A stretch of 64,000 nucleotides of DNA. Source: Tubulanus polymorphus (lineage: Eukaryota; Animalia; Nemertea). The position numbers and the translations under genes are program-made. Shown here piece after piece: positions 14,115 through 23,590 of the stretch (its first letter is position 1; each line of letters starts with the position of its first letter). The DNA lies in assembly GCF_964204645.1 (NCBI RefSeq), contig NC_134026.1, positions 19,626,150 through 19,690,149 of the forward strand, written 5' to 3'. The notes beneath the pieces were generated by a model. The model was not told the DNA's origin. It did not search any database and was given only the letters and a program-made list of their open reading frames with translations.

Positions 14115-14425
14115 AGTATAATATCCACACTGATCGGTGGTTTCTCGTTCCGCGGTTATGTAGTGATTGGGGATAAAAAACGAAACCCGGAACAAGTAGC
14201 CACATACGCTGGGTTTTTTTTTTAATATCTTAACCCATCCTGTATTTCATTGGCCCATTCCCTCCACTGTACAAGGCACACCTGTCACACTCGACTCCCC
14301 ATCTTCCGCAAACTAAGAAGTGACCGCGTCACTAGTGTCACATGATCAGTGTGGATAGTATAATATCCACACTGATCGGTGGTTTCTCGTTCCGCGGTTA
14401 TGTAGTGATTGGGGATAAAAAACGA
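14115..14425 (-). repeat. 3' split-direct-repeat region (B1-A2...B2) including a 34-bp palindromic junction
   Basis: Direct sequence identity as above; GATCAGTGTGGATA-GTATAA-TATCCACACTGATC at 14344-14377. Confidence 0.9.
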
Positions 14426-14648
14426 CCCAACCCCTTACTGATAACCACAACAAATACTAAAAACCTTTCCACAACTACACCCAAACCCCAACTATACTAG
14501 GCCGAGTGAAACGAGGCCAAAAATCAGAAGACAGAATATGCATCCGAAGTCGATTTATTTAGACCCGCCTTAGAAATCGGGTATATTAATATACAAAATT
14601 CGTATTAGCGTCTAGTTTCTTATCGATATAAATTGGCGTACGTAGAAC

Positions 14649-16097
14649 CTACATGGATGAAAACATTGGTTTAAACCCGCTTGTAGCATTATTCAGGCGA
14701 TATGATTCTACACTTTTATCAGTTAACTGTCCCATAGCTTGACCGAGAGAGTCAGAGACTTTACCCTGCATCAGACAAGCATGTTTGGTGTAATGCTTTG
14801 CCATGGACTGATGCTTCCAACCAATATAAGAAGTCACCTCTTTAGATGTATGGCCCAAAGAAGCCAACATAACGGAGCATCCAACCCTGAAACTATGCGG
14901 GGTCTCACCGTCATACATACAAATTTCTTTTAGGTAAGTTTTCAAACGGCTTCCCACCGCATTCGAGTCGAGTCCGTTATTAACGATAGCGCCCTCTTTA
15001 TTCATTATCCGGAATAAGTAACCCCCTCCAAGGTCAACTCCAAGCGCCTTTACAACAGCAAAATACCTTTCAATCGCCAAAACCGGGCACAGAACCGGGT
15101 TGTTAAAACGAGTAACTACGGATGTCAAAACCGAACAATCCCGCAGTGTTTTCCCGAACGTTAGATTTGAAATGATTACCCTTCCATCGTCACTCTGAGA
15201 GATCCCATCTGTCAAAACCCGACCTAAGTCTGCCGCCCTATGTCCTGTTAGAAAATCAAGTTTGAAGAAAGCCTGCTCCCTTGCTAAAATATACTCCGTT
15301 ACCGCGGGTAAATCTGGGACAGCCAAGCGTTTATCAATACAGAGAATCATTGCCGTCAACTTGCTAAGGTACATTGGGACGGCTTGTTTAGGGGTGATCA
15401 TGGCCACCGATTGCTCCTTCTTAGTCACTCTCAGGTATTGTTTTACCTCTTCTGATATGGTAGGATTCCCAGTTCCGCGCTCGGGATGCCAACAGTCAAT
15501 TTTACCAATCGAGTTAAATATTGCCCTTATCTGACCCAGATAGGAATCAACCGTTCCGGCTGCCAGTCTTTTGGGGCATAAACAACCACCGGTCCTTGGT
15601 GAGGCCTTCGAGACTGCTTTCCAACCTCGTACCGGACAGGTTAAAGAGTGTACTACTGTTTTATCCCGAGCATCCCTGAATACCATGAACCTACAGATAT
15701 CCCTAGGTGATGCCGTCAACAAGGATCTCGATGGGCGCAGTGACCTGAGGAACAAGACCAAATCTTCTTCCAGTTTTGACTTCTTTCGGCCATAAACAGA
15801 GTTGCGCTCACTCTCTGACATAGAATTTAACCGGGCATCCAAATCTTTTAATGGTAAGGCTAGCAATGTACCGTTCTCGCCATCCGCATTGCTTAACTCT
15901 GAACCACAATTGTAGCAGAAATTTGAGTGCTGTCGCGAGCGATGTCCACAGTCCGCACAATGGTTCTCGTGATGCAGAGACAGATCCTGTAAAATATGAC
16001 AGATCTTAAAAGAACCATAATAAACGAGGTATATCAGAAAAGACAAAACGTTTATTAACGTAAAAGCAAAGTTATGCATCCGGATTTTACCGTGCAT
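14649..16097 (-). CDS. Tyrosine recombinase (DIRS YR) with N-terminal C4 zinc ribbon; real coding probably begins at acceptor 15986
   Basis: Catalytic motifs GHRAADL (R), HSFR (HxxR), GWK (H/W), KHYT (Y). CADCGHRSRQHSNFCYNCG zinc ribbon; C-x-C-P-x-R-L-A-x-G-T-V-D-S segment typical of DIRS YR N-domains. Confidence 0.9.
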   Translation of the reverse strand: MHGKIRMHNFAFTLINVLSFLIYLVYYGSFKICHILQDLSLHHENHCADCGHRSRQHSNFCYNCGSELSNADGENGTLLALPLKDLDARLNSMSESERNSVYGRKKSKLEEDLVLFLRSLRPSRSLLTASPRDICRFMVFRDARDKTVVHSLTCPVRGWKAVSKASPRTGGCLCPKRLAAGTVDSYLGQIRAIFNSIGKIDCWHPERGTGNPTISEEVKQYLRVTKKEQSVAMITPKQAVPMYLSKLTAMILCIDKRLAVPDLPAVTEYILAREQAFFKLDFLTGHRAADLGRVLTDGISQSDDGRVIISNLTFGKTLRDCSVLTSVVTRFNNPVLCPVLAIERYFAVVKALGVDLGGGYLFRIMNKEGAIVNNGLDSNAVGSRLKTYLKEICMYDGETPHSFRVGCSVMLASLGHTSKEVTSYIGWKHQSMAKHYTKHACLMQGKVSDSLGQAMGQLTDKSVESYRLNNATSGFKPMFSSM

Positions 16098-16173
16098 AGA
16101 TCAGAGTAGAAAATAAAGACCACCGTTACGCAACACCATGTTATCGCTCAGGAAAACATGTCAATTTAATCTT

Positions 16174-18366
16174 TCAATCTAATCTATCAAAATCTATCCT
16201 ATAAACAAACAGATCCCACGGTATGCCTACTGTATCCTCCACAAAACCTTTTTTAGTCGGATATTTCAAAACACCCACATCTCCCTTTTTGCCAAGCAGG
16301 CGACGTTTGGATGCACGAGAGGTTACCAAAGGCCACGAGAATGGCCTCGGAAAGATTTCTGGAATGACGATAGATGCTTCTTTGACTGCGTCTGCCAAGA
16401 ATCGTAAAACCGCCGGTATCTTAGAAATTGGCGGAAACACATATGGATTAACCTCGTCGCATAGATTTTGTGCGAACAGATCTACACCACTAGAATCAGT
16501 AGATGGCGTTGGCGTAAAATGTCGTAGTGGAGAGCCTGACAAATCTACCATTACGTTCGAATCAAGGGCCATCAAATCAACCGAGTGTCCGTTTTCACCC
16601 CCATATTCACGTTGCACGAGCTGCCATATACGCGGAGATAACATACATTCCGATTTTCGCAAAATTCGCGAGGGAGCGTCTGCTAGATTCTCTTTTGACG
16701 GTACATAATGCAATTTCAACAACACATTTTGTTCTGCTGTTAGTTCAAACAAAAGCTTAATTGCTTCTGACAGATCATGTGATTTGGAACCTTCACCAAC
16801 CCATGCCGCAATCATAGTTTTATTATCTACAAAAGCGTCTACTCTACTGTCTCTAATTTTATCAGAAACCACCATTAAAACGTTTTTAAGTGCCAGGGTT
16901 TCCTTTATTACAATGGGTTTTTGTACCAGCTCCTGTGGCCAATAATCGGAGGGCTCAAACCTCTGCTCACCAATCGTGACTATCCCACCCCATCTATAAG
17001 AGGATGCGTCCGTATACATCTGAATTCTGACATGCCACTCTTGGCGCCACCTTACCACCCTTGGCAAACATTCAATTATCTTCCAGTACTCTATCTCAGT
17101 TCTGAGATTGCCCTCAACCCTAATGAGTCTCGAGTTTCTGAATGCCTTAGAAATAGCTAAGTTTGACTCCCTTGTATAAAGCTTCGCAGCTGGTACAACC
17201 AACGAGAAGGATATGATCTTACCCACAAACCGCTGAATCGTTTTAATGTTAACGAATTCGGACGATAAAATATTGTCCCTTAAAATGGCAAATTTTACCA
17301 CCTTATCATTTGGGATCTCAAAACGTTCCTCTATAGTGTTAACAAATAAGCCTAAATGCTTTAATAACTGACACGGTTCCAGGACGCATTTATGGAGGCC
17401 TAGAAAATACCCTAGTCTTGTTAAAACTTGGGCAGTCATATATAGAGCTAACCTAGCCTTTGTGATGGATTCTAAACCCCTAGCCGAGGAACTTAAAAGC
17501 TCCCCATTTAAACGGTCATCAATGTATTGAGTTATCTGTACTCCTAGGTCTCGAAGGTAACCCGTTGCAACCAAGCCAGTTTTCTGGTATATATAGGCCG
17601 AGGCCTTAAAACCAAAAGGAATAACGGTGTAAACGTAATACCAACCTTTCCAGCTGATTCCCAAATACACCTCACTTCCCGGTGTTACCCTGATGTGGTC
17701 GTAACCACTTTTATCATCGACAGAGGTCATAAACGCGCTTTTATGTAGCATGCGAGGTACGTTTACCAAAGTTTCCAAATGGAAAGGCGAGTCCCGAATC
17801 CATAGATTTAGAAATCGTTCGTCGTGGCACATTCTGGGTTTCGTGGGTTCAACCGTCAAGGGCATAACTAAATGCGGGGGTGGATCGACCCCAACCTTTC
17901 CCCAGACCTTGAGTGATCCATTAGCCACCCGACCTTTTAATGTTGTAGAAATGAAATTTTCAAATTGTTCGCAGTTTCCAGAATTCGGGAACACCGTTTT
18001 TGGGGGCGCATCACAATCATACGTCTTGCCTTTAAACTGACCCTTAAACCTCTTAAAGAAATCTGGGATATGAACACCATCTCGCACCCAAGATAATATC
18101 GTGTCTGACAACGGATCCTCTGACTGCCGTAGAATAAATTCCCATTCCTCCAGATGGCGACTCAGTTCACCTGCGACGAAATTCTCCGGGTCCCTGAGGG
18201 GCAGGTCAAAAATTGTCAAATTGTTATACTTGTCCGCCGATTTCGAAACGGTCTCGGCTGAGACGACCTCAGGCAACGGTAACTGGACGGATGAACCTCT
18301 AGCACCAACCCAAAACACGTCTTTACACACAGGTATCTTCAACGGAACAAAATCCTGAAAAGACAC
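16174..18366 (-). CDS. Reverse transcriptase / RNase H / adenine-methyltransferase-like polyprotein
   Basis: RT motifs DDKSGYDH, PFGFKAS, YIDD. RNase H motifs YTDAS...WGG, KET, VDN, NLADAPSR. C-terminal MT-like domain VDLMA...GVDLFAQ...YVFPP, as in DIRS1/PAT elements. Uninterrupted 730 codons. Confidence 0.93.
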   Translation of the reverse strand: MSFQDFVPLKIPVCKDVFWVGARGSSVQLPLPEVVSAETVSKSADKYNNLTIFDLPLRDPENFVAGELSRHLEEWEFILRQSEDPLSDTILSWVRDGVHIPDFFKRFKGQFKGKTYDCDAPPKTVFPNSGNCEQFENFISTTLKGRVANGSLKVWGKVGVDPPPHLVMPLTVEPTKPRMCHDERFLNLWIRDSPFHLETLVNVPRMLHKSAFMTSVDDKSGYDHIRVTPGSEVYLGISWKGWYYVYTVIPFGFKASAYIYQKTGLVATGYLRDLGVQITQYIDDRLNGELLSSSARGLESITKARLALYMTAQVLTRLGYFLGLHKCVLEPCQLLKHLGLFVNTIEERFEIPNDKVVKFAILRDNILSSEFVNIKTIQRFVGKIISFSLVVPAAKLYTRESNLAISKAFRNSRLIRVEGNLRTEIEYWKIIECLPRVVRWRQEWHVRIQMYTDASSYRWGGIVTIGEQRFEPSDYWPQELVQKPIVIKETLALKNVLMVVSDKIRDSRVDAFVDNKTMIAAWVGEGSKSHDLSEAIKLLFELTAEQNVLLKLHYVPSKENLADAPSRILRKSECMLSPRIWQLVQREYGGENGHSVDLMALDSNVMVDLSGSPLRHFTPTPSTDSSGVDLFAQNLCDEVNPYVFPPISKIPAVLRFLADAVKEASIVIPEIFPRPFSWPLVTSRASKRRLLGKKGDVGVLKYPTKKGFVEDTVGIPWDLFVYRIDFDRLD

Positions 18367-18601
18367 TAAGGTCCATCAGTCCAGCCCCGTTGCCAGCACG
18401 ACATAAGCCGTGACAACAGACTTAGATAGCCTGTGACAACAAAGCCAACCGACCACAAACAACCGATAACAAAATGAATTATCCAACATATGATCAATTT
18501 AATGGAGAGAAAATAACCTTGTTTATCATCTTTAACAACACAATATAACATTACGTATCATCCAAAACTAAATTCAATCTAACTCCTAAGTTCTAACTCA
18601 T

Positions 18602-19186
18602 TTAGACAACCTTACTTTCAGTCTTCGTTACCACTTGTGGTTGCTTATTCTCAGGACAGTCGCGAACAAAATGACCCTCTTTGCGGCATAAGAAACAATT
18701 CCCCCTGGAACTTCTCCCTGCTCTCCTTGTACCGTAACCTCGGCGCCCAACATATCCCCTGCCTACACCCGACCCACCCCAATAGCCGTAAGTTGGGTAA
18801 TAATTGTTTGTGTGCGGCTTTTTAGCCCATTTTGCCTCCACTGATGCCACTTTTTCATCATCCGGGGAGCCAATCAAACGCCTACACAAAGCAGGTAAGT
18901 CTGGAGAATCGATATTTCTCTTGATACTTTTCAGCACAGAATCAAAATACCCTTTTTTCGGATCTGTGGTTTCAGCTGCCACCTCTACCAAGCCTTCCAT
19001 ACAACCGAGAAGGAAGTATGGATCAAAGAAAGAGCCCGGCCTTTGAAGCGCTGCCCTCACCTGCATCAGAGCGCTCTCTACTGAACGAGCTGGATGTGTA
19101 ACCTTCTTCTCGAGTTCCTCCAGACGCTTTAACAATTTTTTGTCCTGAAACACACGAGATAAATACAAATATAGACTAATCAGCAT
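18602..19186 (-). CDS. Gag-like protein with CCHC zinc knuckle; real coding probably from acceptor 19144
   Basis: CFLCRKEGHFVRDC knuckle preceded by a G/R/Y-rich segment; lies upstream of RT. Confidence 0.85.
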   Translation of the reverse strand: MLISLYLYLSRVFQDKKLLKRLEELEKKVTHPARSVESALMQVRAALQRPGSFFDPYFLLGCMEGLVEVAAETTDPKKGYFDSVLKSIKRNIDSPDLPALCRRLIGSPDDEKVASVEAKWAKKPHTNNYYPTYGYWGGSGVGRGYVGRRGYGTRRAGRSSRGNCFLCRKEGHFVRDCPENKQPQVVTKTESKVV

Positions 19187-19615
19187 GACTTCGCAGTAAA
19201 TAGTTTAAAAGATCGCCATGATTTCGGTTAACGAACAATCTATAGTCAAATCTATCATCCTAAATGTTTCATGCTTCTCCTTCATACCATTACCTACATC
19301 TTAATGGGTTATCTTTACATTCCATCTTGCGTCTTACATTTTCAGAAGCTGTCTTTTAAAAAACCTAATCTCTATAAACTTTCTCCTCCAGTAAAGGAAA
19401 CGAAAAATCCTCTAACTTAACCAAAACAGATCCCCATTCTGTACCCACTAAATCCTGGTATGTGCAAGGCCCAGAGCAATAAACCTTAAACGCACAGAGC
19501 TACACATGTTTTAAACAAATGTCTATTAATTTCCCAATAAATCTACCCAGTCCAGGCCTACCGACCAAACCCGGGGGCTACAAATACAGATATAAAACTG
19601 AGAAAATAAAAACAC

Positions 19616-20011
19616 TCACCGGTTCAGAACCCCATCTGGGGTTACCGCATCACTCTCCGCACCGACCGTGCTTGTACTAGGTGCGGGCACAGACTTCCTT
19701 TTCTTTGGTACCTGAGGGAGCTTGTTCGCGTTCTCGTTAGCAAAAATTATCAAGTGGCGCGCTAGCAGCGGACCTTCCGTCTCCTCCCAGTCCACCAGCG
19801 TTAACAGATCATTCATCTTTTTACCAGTCAGAGAAAATACCGCATCATCCACATACTTCCTCGGTGCCGCTTCTAGTGGCTTAAGCCTTTCGAACCTAGC
19901 GAAGGCTGTAGGCCGATCTACGTTCAAATCTAACCCTCTTAATTTCAATAACATGGGGATGATGTCCACCGTTTTCAAACCGTCTGACGATTTTAAAACC
20001 ACCGGTTCCAT
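19616..20011 (-). CDS. 131-aa upstream ORF/exon of the retrotransposon (probable gag N-terminal or leader exon)
   Basis: ATG sits 2 nt after a TTTCAG acceptor (20014); the ORF ends at a GTGAGT donor (19619); contains an NLS-like PKKRK; no recognised domain. Confidence 0.55.
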   Translation of the reverse strand: MEPVVLKSSDGLKTVDIIPMLLKLRGLDLNVDRPTAFARFERLKPLEAAPRKYVDDAVFSLTGKKMNDLLTLVDWEETEGPLLARHLIIFANENANKLPQVPKKRKSVPAPSTSTVGAESDAVTPDGVLNR

Positions 20012-20808
20012 CTCTGAAACAGATAAGCGAAAAGAACATCAAAATTACTACCGCCCCGTACCAGGAATAAAATTTAAAAGTATTAGCAAACTGATCCTAA
20101 CAACCGTCGACAAAGTTTAACAAAATATATACATGTGACCAGACCAGAAAAACGTTAAATTTTCGGCCACATGCCGTAATTTTTTCCCTAGCCACCATCT
20201 TAAATTAAACAAGAACTAATACGACAGTAATACACTAATAAAAACTCACCTTAACTCATCTGTACGATACACAGTCAAACAAGTCTAATAATACCACCGA
20301 GCTCCAAAACTGTCCTCAAATCTGAAAAGCGATTTGACTAACAGGACTTGATGCTAACCCAACACTACCGCTAACTACAAAACGAGACCAAGGACCAGGT
20401 AAAACGTCACCAGATTGCCTTTACACGCCCAGTAAGATTAAACCGAATTTTGAAAAGCCAATGAAATCCCACAAAAGAATTCCAAATCCAGACCTTGGAA
20501 ATGCGCCTATGAATGAAATAAATCTAGCAAAATGCACGCACTGTGACTTACAGTATTTACCCACGTCCCAATAAAGGCAAAAGCAATCACGCATGTAGCA
20601 CTGTAACCTAAATGTCATTGACGGTCAAAATGTACCAAAGTACCCTAGTACTTCTAACCTGACCGAGAATTTTGCCTCAATAAAATCACTATCAATCCAT
20701 CACCCGTGCTTCATCCAAAATACTGCACTTATCCCAGAAAATCTAAAAGACCATCTGCCCGTGCTTAAACCCAAAATCACGGTACAGTATAACCCAAAAC
20801 ATCAAAAT

Positions 20809-21045
20809 CAGTGTTTCATCCGAAATGACTGCACCAAAATTAACAAACCTAGTGCTTCATCCTAAATGACTGCACTAAAACTAACAAAACCAGTGTTTCA
20901 TCCGAAATGACTGCACCAAAAATAAATAAAAACCAGTGTTTCATCCGAAATGACTACACTAAAATCAATAAACTCCAGTGTTTCATCCAAAATGACTGCA
21001 CTAAAACTAATAAACCCAGTGTTTCATCCAAGATGACTACACCAA
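20809..21045. repeat. ~42-bp tandem array (6 copies plus degenerate copies from ~20700) in the 5' region of the retrotransposon
   Basis: Core CAGTGTTTCATCCGAAATGACTGCAC separated by A-rich linkers. Confidence 0.85.
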
Positions 21046-21314
21046 AGTCTCCAAACCAGGCAAAAGGGGACCAAAACTAAAGAGGAAACCACAAACAAAG
21101 TTCCAAAGAAAAATACCAAATGCTACCGGAAAGGAACCACAGAAAATCGGCAAACGCAGGAGACAAAACTCACCACAAAACAGCTGACCACACACGTCCG
21201 ATAGCTTCGAAAGCAAACTAAGAAGTGACCGCGTCACTAGTGTCACATGATCAGTGTGGATAGTGTGGAGAACAGAGTCAGAGAAAATAGCAGCATAGAG
21301 CGGGATGCAAAAAC

Positions 21315-23590
21315 TATGGAATACCTCAAGGGCCATACGACTTACGAGTTACGTTTTACGAGTTACGATTTACGTTTTACGAGTTACGATTTACGTTTTA
21401 CGAGTTACTTATACATTTCCTTGAATATTCGTTACGACTTCCGTTTTACGAGTTACTTATACATTTCCTTGAATATTCGTTACGACTTCCGTTTTATGAG
21501 TTACGAATTACAACTTAAATACGTTTTACGAATTACGAGTTACGATTTACGAGTTAAGTGTTGGAGTTTCGGTTCGCAAGAGTTCAAGGACAGTGGCCAC
21601 GTGGTAGGCATTTCACTGTGTGGGTGTAATTATTAGACGAATAACTGTAACGATGATGGATGGCTGTATGCGGCCCAGTGTTTTCAAAAAATAAATACAT
21701 TTTTTCTATATTGATGAATCTTGTTCTAATTATTAAAATCATTTCCAGCTTAGATCTACATATTGAAATATCGTCTATTAAAATCATCGTGCACGTAACG
21801 GGACAGTCATCAGTCAGTGTGCATTGTCAGCATTTAACAGATTTTGAGAAGGTTCGCACAGCAGATGGCCAACGCGCAGATTTTCTGCCCTGTAATAGCC
21901 CACTGCAGTCGAGATTGATTCACTATGTACAATAAATTACTCGACTTATTATGCTGTTTGAAATGACAATTCGACTTCATTTTGAAACCCGTTCTTTGAA
22001 TTTAGCGCGCTTCGGATATCCGAAGCCAATTAGTGAACCAGAAAGAAACTTTCCATGATGGGTTTCTGTGTAATTGTTTCTGTTTCATTCACCGAACTCG
22101 CTGTCAAAAAGGCGATTCTCGATATAAATAGTAATGGGTTTTCCCCGCGGGATACCCGCTTTGGGAAAGGCACCTGAATCGATGCTACGAGTTCGAATCC
22201 CAATATTTAGACGTAATTTATTATTCTTTGAAATTAATTCTTAGAATTTCTATTTATGATAGGATGTGCAGGTTTTGATTTGGTAATGATGTTAATAAAA
22301 GTTAACCTCTTAAGGTATTGTTTTCTATCTATCATTTGTGACGGATTAGTTCGATGCTCCTCACAACCCGCCCCACCACGTGTCACTTATTCACGGACAC
22401 GCGGATTGTATCATTTGTAATAGGCCTACCACATGAAAGAGTCCATGGCCTACCGATCACGCTATGTGCGATGAAAGTAGTGTTTGAATAAAACAAATTT
22501 TTAATGAAATAAACATTATTTATCATAATCAATCAATAGATCAGGTGCCGCCTAAATAATTGTTTGTTTCGTGAAATTTGTACAAAACTTTGCGACTTCG
22601 TCATGTCTTGTGACCCTGAAAATACTAGAAGAATCATCGGTATAAGCTTATAAAACGGCGAGGTCAACATAGTAACAACAACTTCGGGGATTGAAAAAAA
22701 AACTCGAAAGAATTATTTCTTATACTGATGAGTTATACTGATGGGGAGTAGCGACCGTCATTGACACCGGTTATTTATCCATTCACTATCAAATGTGACG
22801 AGCCCAATAAATGATTGCGCATAGATTCGGCCTCTCAGCATTTAGCACAGCAGTTCCGAGAAGTGTTAAGACCGATCAGCGCGCGCGCTATCTAAAACCG
22901 GTGCTAGTACGATCAATATCTACAGGTATTCTGTATTCTGTTAACTCGACCGCCGATCACACATCTATCTCTGTACTTCGATTTCCGATTTCAAAATCAA
23001 ACCCCCTGTTTCGCTCCCGGCAGGTGTGGTGGGTCTGTAAGGGACACTCAATCGAAAAATCAAACAAAATTTACCAGCCAAATAAATAAATAATGGGGAC
23101 AATCCCTATTTTAAGATCAAAAACCAAAAAAAAAAAAAAAATATCTACAGGTATATACGTGTTCAGTATTACACAGCGAGTACCAGTATGTTGATCGAGC
23201 GTCGTCGTAGCAACGCGCTATACAGCGGCTTGAACTAGCGAGTAACGTTAATTATCTTATAACCAAATTAGAGCACTTATAACCCTCGGAATCAAATATA
23301 AACCAAGCTGCACCATCTACATCAAGTAGAGAATACCTGTGTGAAATTACAGAATTGTCGGTCCACACAAACAGCTTAAATCGTGTCATAAAGAAACATC
23401 CACAGACGGACAGACATGACGACGATGCCATAGATGGGTTCGTCTGACGACGAAACCCATCAAAAATGTGTAATTCGTAAAACGTAAGACGTAAAACGTA
23501 AGTCGTAACGTAGGAAATGTATTAGTAACTCGTAAAACGTAACTCGTAAGTCGTAAAACGTAACTCGTATGGCCCTTGAGGTATTCCATA
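21315..23590. mobile_element. IS3EU-like non-autonomous DNA transposon
   Basis: TIRs TATGGAATACCTCAAGGGCCATACG / CGTATGGCCCTTGAGGTATTCCATA (TAYGG start). Near-duplicated 6-bp flanks AAAAAC/ATAAAC. Subterminal 7-bp TTACGAG/TTACGTT repeats at both ends. Confidence 0.7.
22930..23139 (+). mobile_element. 5'-truncated poly(A) retroposon insertion
   Basis: 15-bp TSD AATATCTACAGGTAT (22915-22929, 23140-23154); AATAAA and an A-tail at the 3' end. Confidence 0.75.

Larger units (their letters stand above)
14115..21264 (-). mobile_element. DIRS-order tyrosine-recombinase retrotransposon with split direct repeats (PAT-like), apparently full length
   Basis: gag, RT/RH/MT and YR ORFs on minus. Repeat A (52 bp) is identical at 21213-21264 and 14308-14359; repeat B (69 bp) is identical at 14357-14425 and 14115-14183. 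Order is A1-ORFs-B1A2-B2. Confidence 0.93.

Noticed and set aside
18366-18551. 61-aa ORF between gag and RT
   Set aside because: T-rich, no motif; lies in the presumed intron/spacer before the RT acceptor.
14739-19046. Plus-strand ORFs antisense to YR, RT and gag (likewise short ORFs overlapping the GPCRs and MMPs)
   Set aside because: Shadow frames of real coding sequence with no independent motifs.
20809-21045. CRISPR-like array or hammerhead ribozymes
   Set aside because: Linkers are short, A-rich and mutually similar rather than unique spacers, and there are no cas genes. The minus strand has CGGATGA/GAAAC but no CUGANGA core with stems II and III.
21247-21636. 129-aa ORF with YDLRFTS repeats
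   Set aside because: Translation of the 7-bp subterminal repeats of the IS3EU-like element.
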